Origin: Paragordius varius | Lineage: Eukaryota > Animalia > Nematomorpha | Length of the DNA: 64,000 nucleotides | Direction of reading: 5' to 3' | Assembly (NCBI GenBank): GCA_964247055.1 | Contig: OZ176054.1 | Location: forward strand, 12,028,001-12,092,000 | Notes under the pieces: model-generated | Databases searched by the model: none | What the model saw: the letters and a program-made list of their open reading frames with translations, nothing else | Told to the model about the DNA's origin: nothing | Position numbers and translations under genes: made by a program | In this document: positions 27,801 through 41,367 of the stretch, one piece after another | How the letters are laid out: every line of letters begins with the position of its first letter | Numbering within the stretch: the stretch's first letter is position 1

Positions 27801-28911
27801 AGTTTCCTACTAATATATTTAATTCTATTTCTCTGTTTAGAAAACCGATAAACACTTTTTGCCATCAACCCATGGTATGAGGATTAAACCTGAAATAGAT
27901 TCTGGTACGCTTATAAAAATTGAAAAATCGAAACGGGATGCGCTTTCAAACCCAAACAGCGCAAATGGCGGCCCTACAAAAGGATTAAGCCGTAAAAAAC
28001 AGGCTATTTATGATGCTTTTGCAGGTGTTACCACTCCAAAAACACAGGAAAAGTTTCAAAAAAGTTCTTTAGCAGCCGCCACAAATGAAGGTGATAAATC
28101 GTCTTCAATCAATTCCGACGATATACAAATGTTGGATGAAACGATGGAAAATTCTGTTCCTATCGATAAAGGACACGGTGATAACTTCAACACCAATAAT
28201 AAAAAAACCAAAAATGGTGAAGTTAACACTAAAAAAGTTACAAATAAGAAAGCAGTAATTGGCGATGGAGCACCAACTAAACGAGGCCGTAAAAAAGCCA
28301 ATGGTGGTCCAGAAATTCTTTCCTCCACAAACGCTTCAACAAATGGGAAAAAATCATCGTCTACGATTGAAGCATTCCTTGTACCAAAAACAAAAACCAC
28401 ATCATCAAAAGTAGCATCTACTGTTAATGTTCATAAGCGAACACACAAAGTTGAATCCTCAGACAGTGAGGAAGACATTAATTTTGATGATCTTCTTAGT
28501 GCCCATGATTCTGATGATGATTTTGAAAGTCGACCAAAAGTTGCTAAAACATCGTCTAAAACTAAAGAAAGAACGGTGAAAAAAAGTAAAAGTACTATGT
28601 CCAATAACCTACACCCCATCATTGCATCTGTAATTAAAGAGGATAGTCCACCACCTTTGAGGGCCCGTTTGGCTCGAACATGCGTTGGAACTAAAACTTA
28701 TCATGACAGTGGGGAGGAAGCATTATCAGACACTAATAACGCACACCCCGATAAGAATATTTCAGATGCTGAGTCTGATAATGAAATACCCGTATCGCCC
28801 AACAAAAGAGCCAAAATCCGTAAACAAATTAGCGATGATGATGACGATGAATCGTATCATGGGGAAAGTGATGTAGCCTCTGATTACATTGCTGAAAGCT
28901 TTGAACAGTGA
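16309..28911 (+). CDS. TOP2: DNA topoisomerase II (type IIA), 1636 aa, 21 exons
   Basis: Exons 16309-16356, 16443-16601, 16627-16781, 16810-17053, 17332-17547, 18229-18504, 18823-19017, 19411-19650, 20524-20760, 21153-21371, 21922-22129, 22687-22808, 23151-23299, 23739-23978, 24674-24794, 25106-25447, 25879-26044, 26383-26531, 26851-27030, 27333-27506, 27841-28911. All introns GT-AG, phases consistent, 4911 nt total. Motifs: EILVNAADN, GGRNGYGAKL (GHKL), TEGDSAK, PLRGK, DQDQDGSH (TOPRIM), AASPRY (catalytic Tyr at 23280-23282), and a long Lys/Ser/acidic C-terminal domain. Confidence 0.97.
18779..18818. repeat. (AT)20 microsatellite directly before the TOP2 intron 6 acceptor
   Basis: (AT)20 followed by AAAG|ATTAAAAATCAT (exon 7). 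Confidence 0.95.
24010..24125 (-). mobile_element. LINE/SINE 3' tail fragment in TOP2 intron 14
   Basis: On the minus strand it ends ...GCCCTAA ACCTACCATACCATTCC, resembling the tails at about 13040 and 45010. Confidence 0.3.
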
Positions 28912-31900
28912 AAATGCGTTTCGTATCTATAAATTAAGTGATTAATACTACTCAACATCATTATTACTGAATATTACATATACGATCTCTATCTCTTTTT
29001 TATCTCACTCTGTTTTAATATGGTAAAAGCCATATTATTGGTTATATGGGCATTTTAAATTGGTTAATATGGAAATAAATGTAAGTTTAAGTGAAAAAGG
29101 GATTTTTTTACGTTTAGCTTATGTTATACGTATTATGGACGACTTCAAGAAAAATTTGTATATTTTACCTAACAATTACGTTTTTCGCTATTGGACACAA
29201 AAGGTCCATATAACCAATAATGGCTTCTTCTATACCCAAAATAGAAAACTCGAAAGTTAAATGTACCTTATTAATGCAAATCGTTTTTACACAATCTTTC
29301 GCCCCATTTTATACACTTAGATGTTTTTCATATAAATATTTTTAGAGAATATTGTTTGATACCATACATCTATAATTCATATTTGCCGTAATATGCTTAT
29401 ATAATATTGTTGCATTTTATATAACACATTTTGATAAAAATATAGATGGAATTTGTTTTACAAAAATAAGTCCTAAATTAAATGTAAGTATAAGAATATA
29501 TTCCGATAGAAATGTATCAGGTTTCACATAAAAAGATATTTTGCCTATTATTTAATTACACCCCCAAAAATTGTAATAACACTAAATAATTTTATTAATG
29601 GCTAATTTTTTAAAAAAACAATTTATTTTTATCTTTAATTTTAATAAACAAATTAAATAATTATTTATATAGAGATCCCCAGCTAGCGAATCATATAGAA
29701 AATAGTTTTCTTAATATCTTAATTTATTTACTCTTTGCATATCAACATAAAATACGCTTCAATAAAATTCCTTAAATTTTAATTGAGTATATAGCCTTTT
29801 CATAAAATATTATTTATGGAATAATCTATTATATATTAAAAATTTTATCGCGCAATCTTGGCACTTTTACGTTTATTTTAAGAAAACTGCCATTTTAACC
29901 AAAAAATATGATTTACCAAAAAAATATTTGATAAAATGTGTGCTAAATTCACAACATTTTGTCATGAGCAATTATCGAAAAGACATTACTTTGTTAAATG
30001 ATTCATAAGTTTTAAAACCAAAGGTACATGAGAATGCGGATACATTTTTTATCAGAATTATAATTCGACAGGAAATCTACGAATGGATAATTTTTCTTAC
30101 CCATGCAACTATCATTTTGTTTAAAAACTCAATTGGGATAAATTTGTTTATATTTTTCAGGGCATTTAATTGTTTTTTATTTTGTTTGATTAGCTTTTAA
30201 AAGAGTTGAAGAATATAAAATCGATGCCTCATTGTATTTAACTAAATTTCAAGATTTTTTATTTGTTAAAGCCTCAATGAAAATAGATTAATAACTAGTA
30301 TACTAATTCCTTGTGGAATTTAACTTTTTTGATTAACGATCAACAATTGCAGAAGTTACAATTTTGAAATTACCAATACGTATAGGTTTACGTTTGGCAA
30401 ATAAGGAAGGTCCTTGTTTTAACTTTACCAATAGGAAGGCAAAAAAGTAATTATCACCTTAACATAAGGAAAAAAATCTTCGTTTTTTATAATTGAAAAC
30501 GGATTATTATATGAAGAAGGATAGTGATCACTAATATATTTTAATTATATTGTATTTTATTCAAAGAGAGTTCATTTACTTTTATAATAATAAAATATAG
30601 TTAATATCTAATATGTATGTAAAATATGTGAATAATATTTTATCCTCCATTTTTAGTTTTAATGCCGGCGCTTAAAATCCTTAAATATTTATCAATTAAT
30701 GATTCGTTTTATTACAACATTTTTCATTTTTTTCAGCAACTTTTATAAAATATACTTTTATTTAGCGATAGTTAGTACATGAATATTGAATAATGCGCTG
30801 GACTTAAACTGATACAGTTAGAACTGTGGTGTTAGCTGTTTTTGGAATGGTTAGAGCCTGAAAACCTAATAAATTTTAATTATATTTACAACGATTATGT
30901 TTGAATGCATTAAAGTTGTTGTTTTGTTTCTCCGTTAAATTTTAGTATTTTGATTTAATCTGTATCGCAGTTTGGCGGTATCATGTCAGCATACATGTCC
31001 TTTTGATTGATTATTATATATATACTATTTTACTTTTTTTAGTTTTTTTGAACGAAAATATAAAATATAATCTATTTGTCTGTAGTATAAACATTCAAAT
31101 TTTTATAAAAATACAACGCAAATACTTTTTAAAAATCTAGTTTTTTATGTTACTACTAAATTATTGATAAGTTAGTTACCTTTTATTGTATATTTTGTCA
31201 TTCATGTGATGGAGCTGAAACTTTAAATTTTTTTTGAAAAAATGACCTCCATACAGAATGACAAAAACTGGTCAGTCAGTAAGTAATTTAAATCAAATGT
31301 AGTTAAAACGGTTCTTTATTAATTAAGTCCTTTGAAACAAGCTAAACAATAAAGGATAAAATAAAAATTCATCTGTTGATGAGTTTTAAATAAAAATAGG
31401 ATTCCAAAAATTACATATGTTATGGTAACTTACCATTATTAAAAAAATCTATATTTTTTAATCGGGGTTTATATCAATTTTATATTGATTGGGGAAATAG
31501 AAGATTGTTCACCAAAATAAAAATATAGTTAATCTTTGTTTTAAAGAACATATCGTTTTCAAGTGGATCAATAAAAAAATAGAGAATTCAAAAGATTTAG
31601 TATAAAAACCATGTAAAAATGGGAAAACGAAAATCGATCAATTTTTGCGAAAATAATATGTATGTAATACTCGACTATTTAATATCCTTTCATCGGATAA
31701 AATATTTATATAAATTATATTTTCTTGCCGATGATACAGTCCATGCTCATATATGTTAGTTAATATATAAAGTTTAAATATATGAGTAATTTATTTTGAA
31801 AGAAACATCAAATAAAACACGAAAAGCCACATATTATCAAAATTTTTACTACAATATATGAAGAATATAGATATGATGTGTTGTGAATGATTTGAGAAAA

Positions 31901-31982
31901 TTTTGTTTTTTAACCTGTAAAATGATGTACATACAAATAAATTAGAATATATTTATATCTAAACCAAAAAAAGACAGGGCCC

Positions 31983-32444
31983 CTATTTTTTTCTCCCATA
32001 CCTTAAAGGGGTTAACGGGCGAGCCCGTTTAGTCCCTCCAATATCAAGGACCGATGATATTTTCTCTTCTGGTTCCTTCATAAGTAAATCTGACGAAGAG
32101 TAATCTCCTACATTATTTCGACGTAGCAATCGAATAAAATCTTTGGGTGAAATAGCTTGTTGTTGACCTCTTACAGCTGGGTTGAAAGCATACCGACCCA
32201 TCATGAGAGGTCCGTTCTCATAAATATCATTGTCTTCACCGTATTCGCCCGCCACTATTCCGCCATTGAGTTTAAGGATGTTTGCATCCATCGATATTAA
32301 ACAAATTGCAACATAAAGCATGATTGTCCCAATGAATAGCACATTTCGTAAGCCGGCTCCTGATACGTCGGAATTAGATTGGTGGGGTAAATTTGTTCTC
32401 GGGTGAGTTTTTAGTTTGTTGTCTTTCAATGTATCGGTCGACAT
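31983..32444 (-). CDS. Neuropeptide precursor (153 aa); predicted mature peptide ARPLTPLRY-amide
   Basis: Hydrophobic signal or anchor segment (VLFIGTIMLYVAICLISMDA). C-terminus KR-ARPLTPLRY-G-RKK-stop gives a dibasic convertase site, a Gly amide donor and a basic tail. An extra RR site lies upstream. Single-exon ORF with an in-frame stop upstream of the ATG. Confidence 0.8.
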   Translation of the reverse strand: MSTDTLKDNKLKTHPRTNLPHQSNSDVSGAGLRNVLFIGTIMLYVAICLISMDANILKLNGGIVAGEYGEDNDIYENGPLMMGRYAFNPAVRGQQQAISPKDFIRLLRRNNVGDYSSSDLLMKEPEEKISSVLDIGGTKRARPLTPLRYGRKK

Positions 32445-32914
32445 AATTTGCTGTAACTTTGGTGTCTGGATCGTGCGTTAAAATTTAGTTTTAATAAATT
32501 GATTATATATAGAATTAACAATCTCAAAAATCAAGGATGGATAAATAAAAATATCTGTTACTGGATCTTTAATATATGATCACTTGAGAATATAAAAAAA
32601 TGGATGGTTAATATAAAATTTTGTTATATATTGTAGTAATACAGAGCTCTGAAATTTTAGGATAGTGTAGGATGTAATTTCGAAAATTATTTTTTTTTAA
32701 AAAAAACCAAAAAAAATGCAACTTGTATTATAACGGAAATAATTAGCCATATATCATACATTATATACCTTAGTTTAAATATATTACACCTTGAGATAGT
32801 TATTTAACATTAATTAATGTTGAAAGAATACTTCAATTTATTATGTTAAGAGGAATCATGACGTATATTTTTTCACTGCTTAATTAACCCCCCTCCCCTA
32901 CGCCCCACAAAAAA

Positions 32915-32950
<36 letters not shown>

Positions 32951-35900
32951 GATGGTGTGCCTTTAGAAATTTTGTCTTTTCTTTGTTTATAATAATTATT
33001 CAAAATCACTGGAGAAAAAAAAGTAATTCTATGGCATATTTCATAGCCTTTGTGCGAAAATTGAATTTCCTAAAACAGTGTGTTTTGTAGTGTTTAGGAA
33101 AAATAATTAGTTCCATTATATTATGTTATATAAATATTATATATTACGTTTTATGTGATTAATATTGATACTGATGCTATCATTAGTACACAGGATTAAT
33201 TTTATATTATTTTAATAACTTTTAATTAATTATTAGGAAAAAAAATATTTTCTGTAAAGAAAATAGACATAAAACACTGGATGATGACGATATTATTATT
33301 TTCCTTAGTTAAAAGCACATAATATTAGTCATAAGTGGTTTTTTTAAAAATTCAAGCTTTAAATATTGAAATTTTTTCTTTATAAAACCTTAATAATAAC
33401 ATAGTTCTCTAAAATTATTAAAAATTAATATCAATCACTTTTGGCATAGCAATGAGAGTCAAAATCTAAAATATAAATATGAAATAAAAAATAATGATAT
33501 CCGGACATATCTGGAGTAAAAATATTTGTCCTTAAAATTTATATTTTTTCTGCAAAGAATCCAAAAAGGAATGAAAAAGCTATCCAAAAAACATTTCCGA
33601 TATATTCCATTAATGTATTAGAATTAATTAGGGATGATCTTTAAACATTATTTCCAAGATATAAATATCATTTATTATTATAATCTTATTTTTACCAAAG
33701 GAAAATTCAAAAGCCTTTAACCTTATACATTTAGACAACAGTTTAACATAATAATTTTGAGTAGTTGATCAAAATGAAATTACCTAAAAAATGTTTGTAT
33801 TTTGTGAAAAAAATGCTAAAAAATAAGCATATCAGATCTCTTCGTCTACGACTGAAATCTTTACAGACATAGTATGAAAAATTTTTAAAAAGATATTGAT
33901 ATAATTTTAGATTTTAATATTGTAGCTTAAGTAAGAAAAATCAAAGTTTGTAAAATATAGTTGTCTTTTTTAAAAAAAATTGTCTTTAAGCTTTTATGGT
34001 TGGTCTTTATAATTTAAACTGTTTTTGTATTCGCGGGCTATTCATAATTACATCACATTCAATTTTATTTTTGTCACAAGTTTCAAATATATTTTTTAAA
34101 TTTTTGCCTTTATTTAATAATTATATACCGTTGTTATGGAATGTATGGAAAGCGAAATCTATAATTAATTCCTAGGCTCCATTGTTTTGGAATTATTATT
34201 TTTATTATTATCACTTTTTTATTTATAATAATGAAAATTTTGATAAATGAGTTATTAATCCTTTTTATTTGTAAATATATTATTATTGATGATTACGTTT
34301 GTGCTAAAATTTTGTATTAATATAAGCCATTTTTTATCCAAAAATAAAAAAATTTAATCAGTCATCACCGAAAATTTTTCCATTTTAATATTTATTTTAA
34401 AATTTTATTTTTACTATATATTAAAGAGTAGTTAGTAGTTATTTTAATAAACTTTTATACTTAGGTTTTGGATATATATAAATTAAAATAATTTATTCAT
34501 TACTATGCTGAAAAAAGATGCATCATTTTTCATTTCTAAGGCTTCAAAAATTTGCCGATTGTTATACAAAGTTGATATAAAGATTAATATTATTTTTTTA
34601 TAACAAAACTTAAAATAGGATAAGCAAAATTTGGCTAATTGGCTTATTTTATGAAAAATAAAATCAGCAAACCCGAATAGGGAAATATATACTAAAAAAT
34701 TGTGTGTCAGAGTCCGTCCAAAACAATATTAATTTAAAAATTTATATTTGCAAAAAATTAACAAAAAACGGAATACTGGCTCTGAAAAAATGTCCCTCAT
34801 ATATATTTATCGATATGACTCAAAAAATTCTCATTTAAGTAAAAAACGTCTTCTTTAAGCCTTATTTTTGGGTTAATAAGTGGTCCTAAGAAATCTAAGC
34901 CAGAGAATTGCTTTGAAACACTAACACAACTGGGGTATGCAAAATTATGGTTAAATCTTCTAACTAATTTTAATTATTGGATAATATAAACGTCCTCCTA
35001 CATAGGATAGCAAATATGTGTTCCCTTTTTTTTATATTGAGTATTAAAGTTTATTGTTTTTAAGGTTAATGGTATAAAATATATAAATATTTCGGCCCAC
35101 ACAAAAATTATTTCTGTGTTTAAATTCCAAACATAATTAGTACTAAAAAATGTTAAACATTAATCTGGACATTCTCGATCTAACATATACATCATTAATA
35201 AAATAATAGATAACAGAGTAATTTCAATTATGTAATATTACCCTTACAATACATTATGTTACCAATTTTATTTTAATTATAAAAGCTTTTAATTTAAAAT
35301 TAAAGCAGATATATAAATTTTCTAAGTAAACCTAAATAGTTAGAAAGGAAAAAGAAAAAAAGGTTAGGTAATTAATTAAATAAATTAATTTAAAAGATTT
35401 TTTTACAACCTGTCAGACATATAACAATTCGTTTTTTTAATATTCATCTCAGAGTCAGAACTATGAGGTTACCTCATAAAATCAAAACAAATTAAATTAG
35501 TTGTAAAAAAGAGTGCGTTTAGATAACATATTTGGATTACTCTTAAATATTAATACATTCCATTGTTCATGTAACAAACAACCAAACCTTTTATGTTAAA
35601 AAATTAATGTTTAAACCGCTCTTTTCATGCCAAACTTTAATTTATAAAACTATGAATCTTTTGTTATGTACTTTAATAAAAATTGTCCAACAAGTTACAT
35701 TTTATTTAAGTTAAAAATCTTAGGATAAATAAAAAAAGTTGAAAAAATAGTTTATGATTATGATTGGATATGATAATCCTTTGTTTTACAGTTGTGTTGT
35801 CGTTAAAAAAGAGTGATTTAATCAAAATAAAATAATTTTTGAATTATTTCCTTTGGAACATATAAAAGAGAGTTTATTAATCCCTATATAAGCCATTTCT

Positions 35901-36308
35901 CATAGATGGTCCAATTACTGTTCAATACTTTTTATAATTTTTCAAAGCACGGCAAAATTTATCTTATGTGCTCTATATATGTCATTATTAAAAAAAACCA
36001 ATTTAGTTATTAAAACTCAAGACAACAACCAATATATAGTAAGTAATTGATTTTTTTGTAGAAAAGTACAAGCTAATATTTTTTGATTTTGAAATCAGAG
36101 CGTCGTAAATATAAAGATTGTTATTTCATTTATAAAAAGAGAGAGACTGGTATTGGCTCTTTTATCAGTGATTTTTTCGAAAATAGGGATTTCGTTCCCA
36201 TAACGATCCCGAATTCGGAGCATATTGATTTGTATGGAAATATATATGTGCTTTATTATTGCGATTGGAAAGCTATAAGACTAGTACGACCATATATTTC
36301 ATTAATAA

Positions 36309-37425
36309 CACTAGACAACCAATTTTAACTTTTTTAACTGCCATTCTTGTAAATTTAAAATTTATTTCATTAAAATATATAATTAGTATATCTGAAAAGA
36401 AAATTGGTCTAGCATGCAAGAATTTTTTATATTAGAGTTTATCGATAATTTTTGGCCCCGATTTAACATACTCGAAATTTCGAAAATTAAAAGTTTTAGA
36501 TATGAAGCCATGTATTTTATATCGTTCGAAAGAGCGCAAAAAACTGCGTCTTTTAAATGGTAGTAAGTCATTTAAATCAATCGGATGTAAAAGTTATTTG
36601 AATTTAAATGGTCAAAATTTTCAATCCTTAAATAAGTCAAGAATTTTCACAGACAAACTAGTATTAAAATCATATAAATTATTTTAATATAATTATTAGG
36701 GTTATATTAATATTTAATTTTAAAAAAATATTTGAAAAAGCTTTTGGTTTGCTTTTTTAATAAAAATTATTATTATCATAAATTTTTTACCAAGTGGATA
36801 CTAAAATGCATAGTTATAACTGTAAATCTATTACATAATGGCTATAAAAGATCAAAAATGTTAAACTTTGTTTTTATCTTTAAAATTTCGAAATTATCAG
36901 CTTCGTAAAGAAAATAAATTAATATTGATGAGATGGTATTTTTAAAAAAACAAAAAACTTAAAAATGGCTGTTTTGAGTGACATAAAGGCAATAAAAAAA
37001 TGTTTTAATCAAAAAAACTTTCTTGTGTTATCTTTTTTGGACATTCATCACCATCTAAACAAAGTTTGAGCTATTTTCATTCATTAGTTTTAAAAATATA
37101 TTAATTAAAAAAAGTGCTCTCGCTTCGCGCGTTTGTCGCTTTTTGTGTCCAACATTAACTGTCGATGTAATACATATTAGTCTGCATTTTATAGAGTTTT
37201 TATCACTCTTTCGAATGATATATTACAAATGGCATTACTTGTATATTTTCAAAGAAAAACATTTTTTAGTAAAATTTTGATAAAGAGGGCGCATAATCAA
37301 AAAAATCAAATTATACGAAATTCTTCCATCGGGTTATAATTTTTATTTCAGATTTACTGTTAGAATGATACTAAATATCAGAAAATGCAAAAAATTCGAG
37401 TGGCAGAAAAATTTGTTATCTAGTT
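36309..37425. mobile_element. Non-autonomous DNA element with CACTA termini (about 1.1 kb), copy 1
   Basis: TAA|CACTAGACAACCAATTT ... AAATTTGTTATCTAGTT|TAA. Colinear with 62744-63862. Confidence 0.75.
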
Positions 37426-38190
37426 TAATCTATCAATCAAAAATTGATAGAATACTATATTTATTAAAAATGTGAGCTTTGGAACATTTTCAGGTAAACG
37501 TGTGGGCTCAATTCGATTTCAACATAATTTTAAAATTGTTTATAAATGGGTCAAGCGTGAATGAGCCGTTTTTGAAGTTGCATCAATTTTTTGAAAAATA
37601 GTGTCCGAAAATTCTTTGTTTAAAACACGCTTCCGAAAAAAAGTATAGGCCAATCCAATTCAATATAAATTTGTTTTATATTTTAAGGATGCGCGGAATA
37701 TGACTGAGCCATGATTTTCATATTAACCGCGTCCTATTAAACCAATAGAGTGTTTAATAAATTGGCTTAAAGGCATTTTTCCGTAAAATATCGAAGCCTA
37801 TTCAAATTAAATAATGGATTTTTTATAATAAGCCAAACGTTGATTTATATTTTTTGAAATTGTAGTTCCCTCTAGTTCAGATCCTTTGAAAAATTGGTTG
37901 TTTTTGAACAAATTAATATTGGAAGCAATTTACCAAAAAATATGTATGTCTAATGATTCGAGACACAATAAAACAATAAGATTTATTATGTTAAATCACA
38001 AAGACTAAATATATAAAATTTGCGGTAATTATATACTTATTTGTGTATATAATATTTGAAACCAAGGTAAAATAACTTTTACATGTTTAACACTTACTTC
38101 CTTTTTTGTCCTAGTTTACCTTTTGGGGTATGTATCCCAGAGCTCAATTTTTGTAAATAAACATGTTTGAAAGATATTTTAGTTAAAATA

Positions 38191-38773
38191 TTTATACCAT
38201 TTGCACTTCAAGTTGGTCCTTGAACATTTCAAGTTGGTCCTTGAACAATTCAAGTTGGTCCTTTGACTTTTTTGTTTTGTTTTTAATTTTTATCAATCAA
38301 ATCGTACATAATTCATCTATTTTATTGTTTTTAACCTATTTTCTATTATTTACATAAATTTTAAATCGCTATCAACTTTTAATCTTTGAGAAACCGTATA
38401 TCTTTATTAATTTCTTAAAATGATTTTGGATTATAAGATTTAAACACGAAATAAAAAAATATAAGTTTTCTGGGTTATCAATTAAATTTTTTTTATTAAA
38501 AACATTTAAAAGTCAATAATTTTGTTCAATTGAAAAAAAATAGTTTGAAACAAAAAAAAGGTTTTTATATAAAATTTTTTATTTTTAAATGAATAAATAT
38601 ATAAATAAAGAAAATTAGGTTAATAAATAATAAAATAAAAAAAAAATGCAAAATGGTTAAATCAAAATTTATAAATTTTAAGGACCAACTTGAAATATTC
38701 AAGGACCAACTTGAATTGTTCAAGGACCAAGTTGAAGTATTCAAGGACACTCTTGAAGTGCAAATGGTATATC
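38191..38773. mobile_element. Foldback-type element with modular TIRs built of 21-bp tandem units
   Basis: Left: TATACCATTTGCACTTCAAG plus about 3 units of TTCAAGTTGGTCCTTGAACA(T/A). Right: about 4 inverted units plus CTTGAAGTGCAAATGGTATATC. AT-rich centre. Confidence 0.8.
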
Positions 38774-39389
38774 AAACATTGTCCTCATGTGTTAATAAAA
38801 AAGATATTCTTTACAGTTTGATTTTTTTATTGTTAAATTGGGACTTCAAAACACGATTGAATAGAACAGCTAGTATTAAAATCAAAATAAATCAAGTTTT
38901 TGCTAGTAAAATGCACCTAAAACTTTTTAAAGTTAATTTTATAGAGGATTTTTATACAATTTTATTTTTTTTTAAAAAAATTGTAAAAATTTCGGCTTAA
39001 TACTTTAAATACTTTTTAGGAAAACATCAAATAGCTCAGGGAGAAAAAATACCCCAAAAGTTAATGGAGTATTAATACAAAAGTATACAATAGTTAACAA
39101 ATACTAGATTCCATAAAAGATGTATTCAAATATAACATACAAATTTGTTTTTATAAAAGTCACATAAATGATGTATTCAAATCTATATCTTCTTATCCGA
39201 ATCCAAGCCGATCCGCTGCTTTTCTTTCCCTAGCGGATTTCTTTCTCGGTTATTTTTTCTCTTTCCATTGCTGGGGGTCTTTTTCGTTTTTTTCCTTTGT
39301 TCCTTCCCCCCCCCACTTCCCGCTTATTGGTTGCAATATTAAACTCATCAGTTTGGTTTATTGTTGGACCACCATCCTCTCCTCTCCAC

Positions 39390-41108
39390 CCTTCGCGATG
39401 TCGGTGGGCTGTAAATGATCCGCTGCAAAGGATTCGATAACGTGTACGAGTATATGCCTGTTCTTTCCAAAATTAAACCTTTTCTCCACCCCCTATTGAT
39501 TTTATTCTTTATATACACCTCATCGTCCGGTGTGAAAATTTAATTGGGTATGATGTCGTCATCTAATTATTGCGAGGGTGTTTCCTTAACCCAGGAGAAG
39601 GGGATATTGATATTTCTTTTGAGGAATAAGTTATACGGACACTTCTAGAGGACCGAAAATATCAAGATATATCCGTTCCTATATATCTGTATTGAAGTTC
39701 TATTTGAACGTGCGACAGTTTTTTATTTTATTCCGGTTTAACTGAAACTTCATACCCCTGGCAGATTCTTTCATTCTTTTTGCCCTCGAATGTCTAACAC
39801 AAGTGACGTTTTTTTTGCGCAAGCACTGGATATAATAAGGCAATCGCCCTAATACAGCAACCCATATGATTCTCGTATTTCGTTTCTTTTACTCAATATC
39901 GAAACTTAAAATTGGAGTTGACCAATCATTATTGAAACCGCTCTTAATATCATCAAAAACTCATCCCATAGAGTAATTTCTTTTATCCGCTCTACGTTTA
40001 AGTTATCCATTGTTAAACGCATCCATCCTACTATTATTAATATTTTTCAGATCTCTCTTATAGCCAAACAGCTTGATTAGTGGCTTATGATCGGTTAATA
40101 TTACGAACTCTCTACCATACACAAACATTTAAAACTTTTCTAGCGCACATAAAATTGCCCTTGCTTCTTTTTCTATCAGAGAAAAATGTTATTCTGAATT
40201 CGCACATTTCCGAGAAGCAAAAGATATGGGTCTTTTTCCATCACTTGTCATATGTGATAAGACTGATCCACTTTATTCGATTTACCGTAGCCCCACTAAC
40301 AATTATCTAAGTAAACCGCCGTACCCTGATAATCTTTTAATAACTCATCCATAATTTGTTAAAGAATCGTGGGGTGTATGAAAATTCTAAATGGAAGTCT
40401 CTTAAATCGAAAAAGACCTGATAAGGGAAGTAAACGTGATTAAATTTTGATTGGCGGATGTGCATTGGTCAGTAGGCCTCTTGATCCAGGGTCGTAAAAA
40501 CTTTTTAGTGTTCAATTTTGAAAAACCAATTAAAAGTTGGAATCAAATGATCGACTGGAATCAAACTTTGGTTAGCTGTAACTTTAAAAACCACATATGC
40601 GAATATCATTATCATTCTCTTAACTATCACCAACGGAGATACACGTCGATTCGTTGCGAGGGTTTATGGCTTGAATAATACCTAGACCCACGAGCCTTTT
40701 TAATTCCCTCTCCACCTTAGCCTCAAGCGGGATGGGTCTCCTCTGAGCTGCAAATCTTATTTTGATGCTACCTTTTTCAGAAACAACTTGATGGGTGGTC
40801 CCATGTAACATCCAATACTCTCATAAAAGAAATCCTTAAATTTAAGTAAATCCTTATAACTAACATTCTTTGCACATCATCTGGAAATCTGCATTGAAAG
40901 CTTTTCATCCGCGGTAACCCAGAAATTTCACCCCTATCCTCCCTGGTAACCATACATCATACCATTCCATTTGACCTTTACCACCCATTGCCCCCATCAC
41001 CTCCACACGTTGATGATTGAACCCACTATTGGACTCGCGTGTGCTAAAGCCTCCCAATCTCCTTCCAGGTACTTTTCCCAATCACTGATATTTGAGCCTC
41101 GGTATCGA
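39390..41108 (-). mobile_element. Ty3/Gypsy LTR retrotransposon pol remnant (protease-RT-RNase H-integrase pieces)
   Basis: Minus-strand remnants: RRPIPLEAKVERELKRLVGLGII, VYLD, RPISFASRK..EKEARAI..F.YGREF..TDHKPL. Many stops and frameshifts. Boundaries approximate. Confidence 0.85.
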
Positions 41109-41367
41109 AGATCATAACCCATTAATCATTCAGTCTTACTTGCGTGATTCTTATTATTACTATTCAGTTTATTGACTCGCCGACAACACCTTCTTAAATG
41201 TTCATCGGTAACACTCTTTGTTTGAAGAGGGACACCTTCTATTCCGACAATGTGTCTTCAAGCGATTTAATCAATATTTTACAACTTTCATCCTGAACAA
41301 TTTTATTATATGATGAGAGAAATAGCTGTAACGAGTGTTTCTATGGCAACGCCAAACTATACAACAC

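Noticed and set aside
28056-28876. Antisense and alternative-frame ORFs over the last TOP2 exon
   Set aside because: Shadow ORFs expected from a long, relatively GC-rich, low-complexity exon.
29000-36300. Additional genes or RNA genes around the neuropeptide locus and in 59400-62700
   Set aside because: Only short AT-rich ORFs with no recognisable motifs or consistent splice structure were found.
36383-36571. Near-identical ORFs at 36383-36571 and 62811-63011 as a duplicated gene
   Set aside because: Both lie inside the two copies of the CACTA-ended element and differ by a frameshift.
38209-38265. 21-bp and 91-bp (49174-49438) repeats as CRISPR-like arrays
   Set aside because: The units are contiguous with no unique spacers, there are no cas genes, and the context is eukaryotic.
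38653-39000. ORF with FKDQLE heptad-like repeats
   Set aside because: It is the translation of the 21-bp subterminal repeats of the foldback element and is mirrored on the other strand.
39250-39352. Minus-strand CTGATGAG...GAAA as a hammerhead ribozyme
   Set aside because: The spacing is far too long and stems I and III cannot be formed.
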